In this document: in pieces, positions 1-14,390 of the stretch
Numbering within the stretch: the stretch's first letter is position 1
Layout of the letters: every line of letters begins with the position of its first letter
NCBI GenBank assembly: GCA_951406725.2
Contig: OX597827.1
Span: forward strand, 3,968,001 to 4,032,000
Origin: Octopus vulgaris
Lineage: Eukaryota
DNA length: 64,000 nt
Reading direction: 5' to 3'
The notes under the pieces: generated by a model
The model's input: the letters and a program-made list of their open reading frames with translations, nothing else
Database searches by the model: none
Told to the model about the DNA's origin: nothing
Program-made: the position numbers and the translations under genes

Positions 1-27
1 CTATTATACTTTTGCAAGAATGGTATT

Positions 28-70
28 GACAGTGACTTCAAAGTTTTGACCAGCTAAGCCATCATCGGAT
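28..70 (-). ncRNA. Degenerate hammerhead-like motif (CCGAUGA core) in PLE-type tail remnant
   Basis: Minus strand reads CCGATGA-t-GGC..GTC-aAAA-CTTTGAAG-TC-actg. G12 is mutated and the 5' stem I is lost. Related to 13431-13481. Confidence 0.4.
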
Positions 71-127
71 TGTGTGTGTGTGTATATATATATATATAAC
101 GTAACTCGCTCTGAGATTTATCATTGT

Positions 128-162
<35 letters not shown>

Positions 163-255
163 TATATTAAGTTAGAGATAAAACCACTATTAGGCAAATC
201 AAATAGTGAAAATCATAAGCCAATACATAGAAAAAATTAATTAAAAAAATATAAA

Positions 256-299
<44 letters not shown>

Positions 300-317
300 G
301 TATATATATGTATATAT

Positions 318-472
318 ATACAGCAGGCACCTATCGGTTTCCTTTTGCCAAATCCTCTCACAAGGCTTTGGCTGACCTGGATCTATAATAAAAAATACTT
401 GCTCTGCTGAAAGTGCTACACTGTAGGACTGAACCCAAAAATGTGTAGTTGAGAAGCAGAGTTCTTAACCAC
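318..472 (-). mobile_element. CORE-type tRNA-derived SINE, 5' half, diverged
   Basis: Matches the head and CORE-like part of fuller copies (e.g. 38412-38830). Confidence 0.75.
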
Positions 473-830
473 CCCCACACATACACACCCAGGTCAGTAT
501 ACGTACAAACGTTCATGTGTGTGTGTGCGCGTGTGTGCACAGGCGGATGAGTGTATTCATTCATTTTTACATCTAGCTTTAATGTAATTCTCTGGTAGAC
601 AAGGTTACAGATTTTAATTACAGATACAATCTGACAAGCTTCTACACAGTCTCCATCTATCCAGTTTTACTCACAGGTCTTCTTGGTTCAATGACCTGCA
701 GTTATGATAGAGATACTTGCTAAAGATAGTGAAGCTGCCAAGCAGTGAAATCAAACCTGAAACATCATAAATGCTATACAAACTTGCAAACCGCTCAGTC
801 AAGCTTGTATTTGAGTATGTGTGTGTGTTT

Positions 831-831
831 A

Positions 832-881
<50 letters not shown>

Positions 882-933
882 CCTATCTGTCTATCTGTCA
901 GTCTGTCTGTCTGTCTATCTAGCTATCTATCTG

Positions 934-998
<65 letters not shown>
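831..998. repeat. (TATC)n/(TGTC)n microsatellite
   Basis: Direct reading. Confidence 0.95.
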
Positions 999-1109
999 AT
1001 GTATGTATACACACATACACCATACACATATGTATGTATATATTCTTCTTTCATATTTTAATTTCTCAAAAATCACCTCTCTCAATATTATTCTCTTCCT
1101 CTTAGTTTA

Positions 1110-1334
1110 ATGATCTTGTCCTGCAAGTTAGTCGGTTACTTCACTAGTGACAGCTCTATGTTATAAGCACCCAGTACACTCTGTAAAGGGGATGAAGTTA
1201 GGAAGGGCATGCAGGTGTAGAAACCATGCTAAAAAGTAAGCATTGGCGCTTGTTACAGTCCTTTGGCTCACCTGTTCCTATTGAACCATCCACCTATTTT
1301 CAGCAAGGAAAACAGATGTTAAATGATGATGATG

Positions 1335-1335
<1 letters not shown>
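1110..1335 (+). mobile_element. SINE 3' portion with (GAT)n tail, diverged (same family as 35733-35981)
   Basis: gttaggaagggcatgcaggtgtagaaac...gaaaacagatgttaaatgatgatgat matches 35733-35981. Confidence 0.75.
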
Positions 1336-1377
<42 letters not shown>

Positions 1378-1384
1378 GTTGTAT

Positions 1385-1614
1385 TCTTTTATTCTTTAAC
1401 TTGTTTCAGTCATTTGACTGTGGCCATGCTGGAACACCACCTTAAAGGGTTTTAGTTGAAGAAACCGATCTCCAGACATATTCTTTGTAAGCCTAGTACT
1501 TAATCTAGCTATGAGTCTCTTTTGCTGAACTGCTAAATTATGGGGACATAAACCCACCAGCATCGGATTTACCAAGTGATGGTGGGAGGACAAACACAGA
1601 CACACATACACACA

Positions 1615-1659
<45 letters not shown>

Positions 1660-1805
1660 GATGGGCTTCTTTCAGTTTCCGTCTACCAATCCACTTACAA
1701 GGCTTTGGTCAGTCCGAGGCTATAGTAGGAGATACTTGCCCAAGGTACCACACAGTGGGACTGAACCTGGAACTATACAGCTGAGAAGAAAGCTTCTTAC
1801 CACAC
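1385..1805 (-). mobile_element. Near full-length CORE-type tRNA SINE
   Basis: B-box GGTTCAGTCC, CORE-like ACCTTGGGCAAGT, internal (TA)/(TG) tract and conserved tail CAGCATGGCCACAGTCAAATGACTGAAACAAG. Confidence 0.9.
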
Positions 1806-3324
1806 ATGTAAGTGTGCATAGTTTCACAATATTTTCTATGTTAAACATTCTTCTTCTTTCCAGTCTTCTCTCTATGTATATCCAAAGATGCAATGTTATT
1901 CTTGGATTTTTCAGGATACACGGTAACCCTATTTGTTGAACGACTGAATTCACGGAGGCTGCTCTGTTTAGTCGTAGCATTTAATAAGATAGTTCATCTG
2001 GGATACTAGCAAGGAATGTAACTGGATACCTTTTAAAGCATCTCAAGGGAAACTCTCATTACAGTTTTGTAAACCCTTGTGGAGAAGCAGCTGAAGAACT
2101 GTGCAAGTCTAAATGCCAAACTGTTGCTACAGATGCTCGCGATACCTGATGCTAGTAATTTAGGAAAATGAGTTAGGGTCTAAAAGTACTTCCCGATCTC
2201 CCTACTTTATTTCTTTCCTTCCATGCTGCTATCTGGAATAAGTTTGCAAGAAACTTCTGCATCCATACACAAACACACATACACACATGCACACATGCAC
2301 ACATACACAAACACACATTTTGGTATGTAAATATGTATGTATATAGTGAATATATACGATGCTCATACATTTATAAATATGTGTGTGTATGTATATATGT
2401 ATATATATGTGTGTATATATATAGATAGATAGCTAAACAGAGAAATAGATATAGGTAAATATATGATGCCATATACTATGTATGTGTGCATACATACATG
2501 TATACATCCATATATATATATATATATATACATATATTCAGATTCATATATACATATAGATTTATAGATTTATATATGTGTGTGTGTATATATATATGCA
2601 CACACACACAATGTATACATCACATATATTGTCATATATGTGATGTATTTATAATGCGTATGCATGTATATACTTTTGTTAGTTTGCATGTGTGTGTGTG
2701 TGTGTGTGTGTATGAAAGAAATCTATCTGTATATTATAATCCAGGTGTTCATCTGTTACTATTTGCCTCAAATATTTTATTTATTTCTTTGCAAAAGATA
2801 ACAGATATTAAAGGTAGACAGTGAAAGGAAGAATAAGAGAAAAAGAAAGAGAAAGAAAGAGAGAGAGGGGGGGAAGAGAATGCTGTGAGACAGAGACAAA
2901 GAGAGGAAGAAAAGGAGGAAAGGAAAGAGAGAAAGATTACTGATGGGTGAAGATTCTAGTTTCTGAGATGTAATGATTTGCAAAAAGCTTTAATCAGCTG
3001 GGACACACTTGATTATGTCTTTAGTCAGCAACTGTGGAAGAGAGAGAAAATATCTAGGTTGTTGGCTGAGAAGATTTCAATCAGTGAAATAATTTATGCC
3101 AATTTGTGGATATATAAAGTTAAGTATACCTGTTTAGGTGTATGCGTATGTGTATGCACACATTCATGTAACTATGAACAAATGTGCACTCACACACACA
3201 CACATACACACACACACGTATATATTTGTTACGTTTGTTTGTACAGACTTAGATATGCACTTACATACACAGCATATATATATATGTATTATGCAAATAT
3301 GTATATACCTATATATACATACAC

Positions 3325-3765
<441 letters not shown>

Positions 3766-4445
3766 GCTGCTATTTTTTTTTTCATTTTTGGTCCATTTTT
3801 ATTTTGTAGCATTTCTGTCTGTTTTTATTAGCTTCTGGAAGAATGCTGAGCATTTCAAATTTAGCCTATACATTAGTTGAACAGAGAAAAAGCTATTTTC
3901 CAAAGAGCACAGAATATTTCTCTTCACTTCTCTCATTGTTACACTTTCATATATGTTTTGATAGCAAAGCTCTGAACATCAGAATTTTATTGTTTTCATA
4001 TCTGAGAAAGAGAAGTTATTGCTTTGAGTATGAGAGATTTCATACAGACAACATTTGAATTTACTATATTTAGAAGATAAAAACCTAGCAGGAATATTAT
4101 GGAGTGGGTTGCGGGAGAGAAAAAACCGTACATATAAAAAATAATTAGAAAAAGAGAGTAAAGTACAAAAAAAGTAAAATAAAATAGAATAAAATATGAT
4201 ATAATAGTAGAGAATGGAATAAAAGAAAAAGTGAGGAAAAAGAATCAGTTTAGAAAGCCTTATAGATTATTAGTCCAATCAAATGTCATAGATACCATTA
4301 GGAAAATAGAACCAGGCAGGAAAGTGTATGTATATGTGTATATATACATATATATATATATGTGTGTGTACATGTGTGTGTATTTTTATTATATTATAAT
4401 ATACTATATCATATTTTCTATCATATCATTATCTATATATCTATG

Positions 4446-4489
<44 letters not shown>

Positions 4490-4676
4490 AACATATATAT
4501 ATATACATATACACACAAACACACGTGTGTGTGTGTGTTTATACATATATATACATAAGAAGATATAGAGAAACAGTGAGATGTTTAAGGTGAGACAGAC
4601 AAGCTGACAGACAGGTAGACAGACAAACATACAGAGACAGTTAGATAGATACACATATATATACATACATACATAC

Positions 4677-4707
<31 letters not shown>

Positions 4708-4960
4708 CATATATATATATTTGTATATGTATATATATTTGTATATATATATATATACATACATACATATATACATATATAGTACACGTGCATTCAATCA
4801 TGTTATATACATCATTTTGATACATCCAAAATATGAAGCTATTTCAGAGATAACACAATTTTATCAAAAAGAAACTAAGAGCAATAATAATAATAATAAT
4901 ACTAACAACAACAACAGCAACAACAACAACAGAAGCAGTAACATTTATAACAATATTAAC

Positions 4961-4992
<32 letters not shown>

Positions 4993-5299
4993 AATAGGAA
5001 AAATTTTTATTTTATCTCTGAGAGTTTCAACTTCTGATAACTTGGTGCATCAAAAAGTTGCTTCTATTTATAACTTTCTGTGAATGTGTTGGATTCAGAT
5101 GTGGTTTGTGAGTTTTATTTCTCCTCTTTGGTAATCTTTGACATAGAGATTACTCTTTAAGAGATTCGGTTCCATTCATTCCAATGATAAAAGAATGAAT
5201 TCAAGTAATTTTCAAAAGTGATTTTCCTTTGTGAGAACTGCATTAAACTTTAAATTGGATTGCTTTCAGCTTTTAACAAGTAACTTGAAGAACACTATT

Positions 5300-5391
5300 A
5301 CACTTGTTGTTGTTGTTATTGTTGTTGTTACTGATCACGACATTGCTGCTTCTGCTTAGTGTTATTGCTGCTGTTATTGCTGCTGTTGTTG

Positions 5392-5423
<32 letters not shown>

Positions 5424-5893
5424 GGTGGTGATGTTTTTGGTGTTTCTGTTATTTTTGTCATTCCTTTTGTTGCTGCCAATAGCCACCACCGCCACCACCG
5501 CCACCACCACCACCACCACCACTACTATTATTACTACCACTACCATCACCACCATCACCACCACCACCACCACCACCACTACAATCACTCCCTCACCCCC
5601 TCACCACCATGATATTCCCCTGTACTCCCCTTCCTTTTTTTTATTGTCATCATTGTCATTATCTTCACTGCTGTTGTCATCATTGTCATCGTCATCACCA
5701 TCATCATCATTATCATCACCTTCATTATTAAGATTATTGTCATCATTAACATTCTCATTATCATTATTCTCATCATGGTCACCACCACCACCACCACCTC
5801 CTCTGCCGTCATCACCATCATCTTTGTTGTTGCTATTATTAGTTGTATTATTGTTGTTATTGTCATTGTTGCTATAGGTGTAACAACAGTAGC

Positions 5894-5947
<54 letters not shown>

Positions 5948-6410
5948 TGTTGTTATTTATTTTTAATTCATTTTGGTACTTTAGTACTTTTTTTTATTAT
6001 AATAATTCTAATATGGTACAATAAAAAGAAGGAAATTTGTTCTCACGGAAAGCTTATTAAATTACCTCGACTGAAAAACATGGGTGATAAGGATGATGAT
6101 GATGATGATGATGACGATGATGATGATGATGATGATGATGATGGTAATGATGATGATGATGATGTGGGGGAAGTGTTGCAGGAGGATGACTATGGTGGTG
6201 GTGGTGGTGGTGGTGCCAATAGATGTTAGTGATGACAATGGAGGCTGGGAAGAGGGGAGTGTTGATAAGACAGGTGGAGGTCAATGGATGGGTGATTGAA
6301 ATTGTGGGTGAATGGAGGAGGTACTGTGGTTGTTGTGGTGGTGGTGGTGGTGGTGGTGGTGGTGGTGGTGGTGTTGATGGTTGTGTTGGTAGCAGCAGTG
6401 TTGGTGATTC
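5300..6410. repeat. Compound trinucleotide low-complexity region (GTT/GGT/CAC/CAT/AGT/GAT)
   Basis: Direct reading. Source of the homopolymeric pseudo-ORFs. Confidence 0.9.
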
Positions 6411-6624
6411 GAGTTATTGATTTGTAGTTAAAAATTATTGAATCCCTTAGTATTCAAGGTATGGCATGATTAAAAAAAAAAAGAAAGGAACTCATTCCAA
6501 AGATGGCCAAACTATTTCTGAAAAATTAATTTTCATCTTGTTCATTATATTTATTTATTTTTAATCTTTTTTATGGTTGAAGATTATTATTTTTTTTGCA
6601 TTTCTTTTTTTATTATCTCTTTTG

Positions 6625-6696
6625 CCATCACTCTCCACTCCCATCACTCTCCACTCCCATCACTCTCCACTCCCATCACTCTCCACTCCCATCACT
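6625..6696. repeat. 16-bp minisatellite (CCATCACTCTCCACTC) x~4
   Basis: Direct reading. Confidence 0.9.
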
Positions 6697-7311
6697 ATCT
6701 TCACTGCCAACACAATTCTTTCAATGCTTAGAGTGAATGAAAGGAAGAAAGAAATGAAGAAGGCAAAGAAAGACAAGATATCAAGAAAGGATTTTGTAAG
6801 GAGAACAAATGAATGGAGAAATGCAATGAAAAACATAAAAACAAAACCAAAAAAAATTAATGGTGGTGGTGGTGGTGGTGGTGGTGATGGTGACTGTGAT
6901 TGCATTTGAGATTGTGATTGTGGGTGTGGCTGAGGTTGTGGTTGATAGCTCTGGCTGTAAGGACTGGTAGGATAAAATAGTGAAGATTGAGAGAAAAAAA
7001 ATAGAATGGGACAATGTAAAAATTTTTTTTTGTAAATTACAAAAAATATAACAAAAAATAAAATCGAAGGAAAAAATAAACAAAAGGAAAAATGAAATAA
7101 TATAAGATAAAAATTCAGATAGAGATAAAGCAATTGGGAAAATCTGTCAAAAATATATGAGAAATATCCAGATTGAAACTATACGACAAAAGTAAGATTT
7201 AGCTTGAAAATTAGATGAGGGGGAGGGAGAAAGAGATAGAAAAAAGACAGGATTAAATATGACAAAAAAAAATATTTATCAGATGACTTTGGTGAGTTTA
7301 TTACTATTATT

Positions 7312-7355
<44 letters not shown>

Positions 7356-7609
7356 CATCATCATCATCATCATCATTTAACAAAAAGTGATTCAAGTTTA
7401 AGAGTCAGAACAGAGTTAAAAAAAAAGCTGCATATATATCTGTGTGCATGTGTGTGTGTGTGTGTGTATGTGAGCATGTGTGCGAGTGTGTGAGGGGGAG
7501 GGGTATATGAGCATGCCGGTGTACGCATGAGCATGTGTGTGCATTAGTATATATATATAAATAAAAAAATATATATATGTATGTGTATATATACATATCT
7601 ATATATATG

Positions 7610-7642
<33 letters not shown>

Positions 7643-7646
7643 ATAG

Positions 7647-7688
<42 letters not shown>

Positions 7689-7855
7689 GTATATATATAT
7701 GTATATTTGTACATATATATGTGTGTGTCTATATATATATATAATAGAGAGAGTGAGAGAGTTGGCATTGACAGGTTTCATCAAACATTTATTGCGAAAA
7801 TTGGAAAGGGGAGAAAATTAAAAGAAAAGGAAAACAAAGTACACATAATGCATAC

Positions 7856-7887
<32 letters not shown>

Positions 7888-8706
7888 GCACACATACAGA
7901 TACATGCACATACACAGACATACATATTTTATAGACACACACATATATATATATATGAGCAAAAAAAAAAAGAACCCAAAAAGTCATTTCATATATTTGG
8001 AAGCAAAAATCTTCAATCATTCTTTCTGGAATATTTTTTTGAGTTTTTTCTTCTCCTTTTCCATTTCTTTTACAAAAAAGAAAAGCAAGAACAAAATAAA
8101 TTACAAAAAAAAAAACTGGGGTTTAATATTTCCCAGAAGAACATAGATTTTATTTTTAGAGAAATAGATTTAGTACTGACTTTTTTTTCATGAATGAAAA
8201 ATATTTTGTAATTGTTCAGTATTTATTGGGAAAGGATTTTTTCTCATTATTTTCTTCCCAACTTTTGAAGTGGATGGGAGAGGAGAAATGGAGTCGTTAT
8301 TACTGGCAAAAAAAAGTAGTAAATATAAGATAAGTGGGAAATAGGTAAAAGTAAAAAAAAAGACGATAATAATAATAAAAATAAATAAAACAGAAAAAAG
8401 TGTTTAATATGTTTACTAATAATTATAGAACTGGTGATGTTATATTGGAATATAAATCAATTTAAATAGGATTGATATGGTTTAAATATTAGAGGATATA
8501 TGCTTTATGACATTGATAGATGTGTAGGCAAGTAGGTAGGTGTAGGTAGATATGGAGGTATATATACATATACAGTATAGATATGTGTGTGTGTGTATGG
8601 ATAGATGAATATATTGGTGCATGAGAATATAGATAACTGTGTACATAGAGGTCAAAAGATAGCTAAATAGACAGATAGATAAACAGATTGACTGACAGAT
8701 AGATTG

Positions 8707-8767
<61 letters not shown>

Positions 8768-8771
8768 TAGG

Positions 8772-8831
<60 letters not shown>

Positions 8832-8912
8832 GATGATTAGGTAAATACATAAATGTGTAGGAAAATAAATAAATAGACTGACGGATAGATGGAAGATAGA
8901 TGGCTAAATAGT

Positions 8913-8973
<61 letters not shown>

Positions 8974-9350
8974 GGATAGAGAAAGAAGGAGAGAGAAAGA
9001 GAGAGAGAGACAGACAGATAGAGACAGAAACAGAGAGAACTGCATAAAGCATAAAACAGTATACCAATAGACAGATAGGTAGACAGAAATACATAAGAAT
9101 GATTGATTGGATAACTGTATAGAAAATTAAGCAGAAAGATAGATATGTTGATAGGCAGATAGTGAGATAGATAAATATAAGTGTAAGCAAACAGATAGAT
9201 AGACACATGATAGATAGGTAAATGAATGGATAAATAGATAAATAGATAGGTAGACAGATAAATAGATATATCACAAGTTCGATAGATGCCTAAGTGAAGA
9301 TAAATATACGAATAGACAAATATAAACTTAAAAGAAGAATATACATACAC

Positions 9351-9409
<59 letters not shown>

Positions 9410-10295
9410 TATATGTGTGTGTGTGTACATATATACATTGTAAACTGCAGTTGCCACTTGGAAGGACAGATGAATTGATATCAGCATGTGCAATGCTTTA
9501 ACTCATGGCTTTATGTATCCATGTAGTTGCGATCAGACGTAGGCATCCACTCAAACCTCTGACCTTTGAACCCAGCATAGATTTGGACTATGACAGCTGG
9601 AGGAGCGAGAGTGCTGCAACAGCATTTATGGTGGTGCTTTTTGCTTAATGACAGAGAATGAATAAAAGACAAAAGTTGACTTCTGTTGGGTTTGAATTCA
9701 CATTTTATACAGAGTAGAAATGACTAGCGCAGTTCATTCTCTATGATGCTCTTACAATTTTTGAAATTATGTACATATATACATAGACACACACAAACAC
9801 ACACAGATATATACATACATATATATATATATATATGCACACACAAATGCGCACACACACATATACACATATATATGTGTGTATGTGTCTATATCTATAC
9901 CTACATATATATCTGTATCTATCTATCTATCTATCTATCTCTCTCTTTCTCTCTCATATATATATATACGCACACACATACACATATACGCACCAACATG
10001 CACACTGATACACACACACACACAGATAAAGAAAGTAGATAAAAATAAGTAAAAAATTAGATGGCCAGAGAGAGGGAAAGAGCTTGAGCGAATACGAGGA
10101 AAGGAGAGAGGGAGAGAGAAAGATACATAAATAGATATATCTATGCAGTTTTTTTTTTATATATATGTAAGTGTATATATACATATATATATATAAATAT
10201 ATATGTGTGTGTGTATTGGGGTTGGGGCTGGCTTATGAACATGAAAGTGAACATTAAAATAGATCAAAACAATAAATAAAGTACATATATTTTAC

Positions 10296-10680
10296 GTGGT
10301 ACTCCATCGGTCACAACGAGCAGGTTTCCAGTTGATCCGATCAACAGAACAGTCTGCTCGTGAAATTAATGTGCAAGTGGCTGAGCACTCCACAGACACG
10401 TGTACCCTTAACATAGTTCTTGGGGAGATTCAGTGTGACACAGAGTGTGACAAGGCTGGCCCTTTGAAGTACAGATACAACAGAAACAAGGAGAAAGAGT
10501 GAGAGAAAGTTGTGGTGAAAGAGTTACAGCGGGGTTCGCCACCACCCCCTGCTGAAGCCTCGGGGAGCTTTAGGTGCTTTTGCTCAATAAACACTCACAA
10601 CACCCTGTCTGGGAATCGAAACCATGATCCTACAATGGTGAGTCTGCTATCTTAACCACTGGGCTGTTGCACCTCCACAT
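10296..10680 (-). mobile_element. tRNA-derived SINE (OR1-like head, tail type A)
   Basis: Head GCCCAGTGGTTAAG...GGTTTCGATTCCCAG is shared with 55481-55762. Tail is shared with 11098-11362. Confidence 0.85.
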
Positions 10681-11097
10681 ATAAATATATATAACAGGAA
10701 AGCCATGTCAATATTCACAATATTACAATCAGTTATAGATGTAACACAAATGTACAATATAGGAAGCATACACATATGTATATATGTGTGTATGCATGTG
10801 TATACATGTGTGTGTGTTTGTGTGTGCGTATATATATATATATATATACACACACACGCACACACACACATACATATTTGTATATATATGTATATATGTT
10901 TGTATGGCTGTATGTATATGCATGCTCCAGTGGCCTCTTTAGAGTTTCCATAGTGCGCAACTGGTTTTTCAGACAAGTTAGAGTGGAGCAATAATGACAC
11001 CACTCTATGCTTTTATTGAGTACTCCTTCTCTTGATCAAATACCCAACAATGTGTATGTGTCTGTATGTATATATATATATATATATATATATTTAT

Positions 11098-11362
11098 GGA
11101 GGAGTACTCTGTTGGTTACAACGATGCGGGTCCCAGCTGATATGTACCCTTAATGTAGTTTTCTGGGAGATTCAGTGTGACACAGTGTGACAAGGCTGGC
11201 CCTTTGAAATACAGATACTACTCATCTTTGCCAGCTGAGTGGACTGGAGCAACATGAAATAAAGTGTCTTGCACAAGGACACAACGCATCACTGGGAATT
11301 GAACTCCTGGCCTTATGATCATGAGCTGAATGCCCTAACCACTAAGCCATGTGCCTTCACTC
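11098..11362 (-). mobile_element. tRNA-derived SINE, different body, tail type A
   Basis: A-box TGGCTTAGTGG, B-box GAGTTCAATTCC, TGTGTCCTTGTGCAAGACACT body, TTTCAAAGGGCCAGCCTTGTCAC tail. Confidence 0.85.
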
Positions 11363-11467
11363 AGTCACACACACATACACACACACACATGTATGTATGA
11401 ATATATGTATGTATGTGTGTGTATGTATTCATACATATGTATGTATATACATACATGCATGCACATT

Positions 11468-11514
<47 letters not shown>

Positions 11515-12139
11515 CAAAGTATAGTGGGTGTTAGATTAAAAGGTCTCACTGCATAGAATGGACAATGGATGATACAGCAGGGCTAATCAATAAGTTATGA
11601 TGATGCCTTAGCATGAGATCAATTGCTTGTATCTAATCCCTGATAAAACCTTGGGTCTGTAGGCAAACCACTTAAATTCTGTTAACACATTCTATCAAAT
11701 TGGTGTAGAGGCACCATGATTAGGTAGAACTTAGTGCTATAATTAGAGAGAGGGAACTATGCAGTTAACAAGTATTTTGATCAATTCTAGTAGAAGGCAA
11801 CAGGATTAACTCTGCAGTAATTCTCTCTGGAGTTGCTATATCATAATAAGTATTGAGTCTTTTGTGATGATTACTTATGAAGTTTCACTGAGCAACTGAC
11901 ATATATTACCGTGTCTGTGTTTTGTGTTTTTTATGTGTGTGTGTGTATGAGTATACACACACATTTCTGTGCTCAAATATAGGAAAAGAAGAACTCAGTA
12001 TGTGAATACACAACTTTATACATATATACATACACACACACACAAATGTACACACACACACAAATGCACACACACACGAACATATACACATATATATGTG
12101 TGTATGTGTCTATATCTATACCTACATATATATCTGTAT

Positions 12140-12182
<43 letters not shown>

Positions 12183-12183
12183 C

Positions 12184-12271
<88 letters not shown>

Positions 12272-12272
<1 letters not shown>

Positions 12273-12416
12273 CAATTGCAGCGTGGAAGGTGTTTGTAAG
12301 CCCTTTAAGAAACATACAAAAGCCGTTCGATTCACTTCAACATTTAAGTTTAATTTGTCAAAATATTTTCGTCGCTTTAAGACCGCAACCTGTTCACTGA
12401 CAAAAATCCGTGCTGC
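12272..12416 (-). mobile_element. PLE-type terminal fragment in (TA)n carrying hammerhead variant (G3/C8) at 12355-12403
   Basis: Near-identical to 54708-54851. Minus strand reads TTGTCA-GTGAACA-g-GTTGC..GCGAC-GAA-AATATT-T-TGACAA. Confidence 0.7.
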
Positions 12417-12417
12417 A

Positions 12418-12495
<78 letters not shown>

Positions 12496-12544
12496 CATAT
12501 ATACATACATATATATATATATATATGTGTGTGTGTGTATGTAT

Positions 12545-12680
12545 GGTGGCGGTGCATTGCTCAGTGGTTAAGGTGTTAGACTCATGATCATAAAATTGCA
12601 GTTTCAATTTGGTTGCTGGACTTGGTGTTGCATTGTGTTCTTGAGCAAAACACTTCCTTTCATATTACTCCATTCCATTA
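12545..12680 (+). mobile_element. tRNA SINE head fragment
   Basis: GCTCAGTGGTTAAG...GTTTCAATT...TGTGTTCTTGAGCAAAACACT. Confidence 0.7.
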
Positions 12681-12709
12681 TATACGTATATATATATATA
12701 CATATATAA

Positions 12710-12930
12710 TGGTTTCGAATTTTGACACAAGGCCAGTAATTTTCAGGGAGGGGCTAAGTCAATCACATCGACCACAATGTTTTCAACTCATGCTTATTTT
12801 ATTGACTCCCAAAAGGGATGAAAGGCTAAGTTGATCTCGGTGGAATTTCAACCCAGAACACAATGAGGAACAAAATGCAACTAAGCGTTTTGCCTGGTGT
12901 GTTAACGATTCTGCCAGTTTGTCACCTTAT
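12710..12930 (-). mobile_element. SINE of the 43553/44285 family, diverged
   Basis: Reverse complement contains GAGATCAACTTAGCCTTTCATCCCTTTTGGGAGTCAATAAAATAAG. Confidence 0.8.
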
Positions 12931-12934
12931 ATAT

Positions 12935-13305
12935 CTTTTATCTTTTACTTGTTTCAGTCATTAGACTGCAGCCATGCTGGAGCACTGCTTCGAAGATTTT
13001 ATTTATTTTAGTCAAAAAATTGCTCCCGGGACTTTTTTTCAAGTTGGTACTTATTCTATCGAACTCTCTTGCCGAACCACTAGGTTACAGGATGTCAACA
13101 CACCAGCACCTGTTGTCAAGCAGTGGTGGTGAACAAACACAGACATAAAGACACAGATGTAGGTACATACATACATACATATACACACACATACATACAT
13201 ATATACATACATACATACATACTTACATACATACATACATATGTACATGCACATATATGGAGCTGAACCCAGAATCATATGGTTAGAAAACAAGCTTTTT
13301 ACCAC
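12935..13305 (-). mobile_element. CORE-type SINE with internal deletion
   Basis: Tail and head match the family; the CORE segment is missing. Confidence 0.75.
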
Positions 13306-13324
13306 ACACACACATATATATATA

Positions 13325-13481
13325 TACTAATATTCCTTTCTTTGTTGAGCTGTTGTAACAACAATTTCACATTGTACAACTGATACTTCTTGTAGAATAC
13401 ATATTTATTATTCTTTGACAGAAATACTGTTGACAGGGACTTCAAAGTTTCAGCTGCCCAGCCTTCACTGGACTTCATTGG
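13325..13481 (-). mobile_element. PLE-type tail remnant with decayed hammerhead-like motif
   Basis: Minus strand reads CCAGTGA-a-GGCTG-gg-CAGCT-GAAA-CTTTGAAG-TC. Homologous to 1-70. Confidence 0.45.
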
Positions 13482-13547
<66 letters not shown>

Positions 13548-13611
13548 ATATATATATGCATATGTATATATTTATATGTGTGTTAAATAAAATAAGATAA
13601 CAACGCCAAGG

Positions 13612-13987
13612 CAATTTGATATTCCTAGGACATTTATGAGTAGAAAGGTGGTCTTACAGCTGTTTCAGGGAAATAATTGATATCCCATCATCAGAGATGA
13701 GTTAAAAGACCTTCAATAGAAGGAACTAGTAGAGTTAATTTTTTAGAAGGTATTCTGGAGACGGGGAGATGTACAAGAAATTAGATATTATGCAGAAAAT
13801 ACAAAAGAAAAATATGAAAATCTCTCCTTCTCCAGAATAACTTCTTAAAAAAAAAAAGAATAAACTCTACTAGTTCCTTCTGTTGAAGCTCTTTTAACTT
13901 GTCTCTGATGAATGGATATCATTTATTTCCTTGAAACAGCTGTAAGACCACTATTCTATTCATAAATATCTAAGGAATCTCAAATTG
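13612..13987. mobile_element. Inverted PLE-type terminal repeats (~160-bp arms) with a hammerhead on each strand
   Basis: Arms at 13612-13771 and 13819-13987. Hammerheads at 13651-13698(-) and 13901-13948(+). Confidence 0.8.
13901..13948 (+). ncRNA. Minimal type I hammerhead ribozyme
   Basis: GTCT-CTGATGA-at-GGA..TCC-tt-GAAA-CAGCTG-TA-AGAC. Stem I is GTCT/AGAC, stem III is the palindrome ACAGCTGT, cleavage triplet GUA. Confidence 0.75.
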
Positions 13988-14144
13988 GAATCATACATGC
14001 TCATACACAACCTATCTTAGACTTCTAACTCATGGTAGTATTGAACCAGGAGCTTAACAGCGCTCCTTCCATAGCACTTACATAGGCTTACCTGCCTTTT
14101 GGGTCTTCTGGATAGCAAAACATCACATATTATTTATTAATGTA

Positions 14145-14193
<49 letters not shown>

Positions 14194-14328
14194 GTATGTA
14201 TGTATGTATATACATGTATATTATATGCGTGTATATATATATATATAACTGTTAAAACAGCATCTTTCAAGATAGCATGTAGGAGCTAAATTTATATGAA
14301 TAAATATATCCATGTATGTATGGTGCAT

Positions 14329-14390
<62 letters not shown>

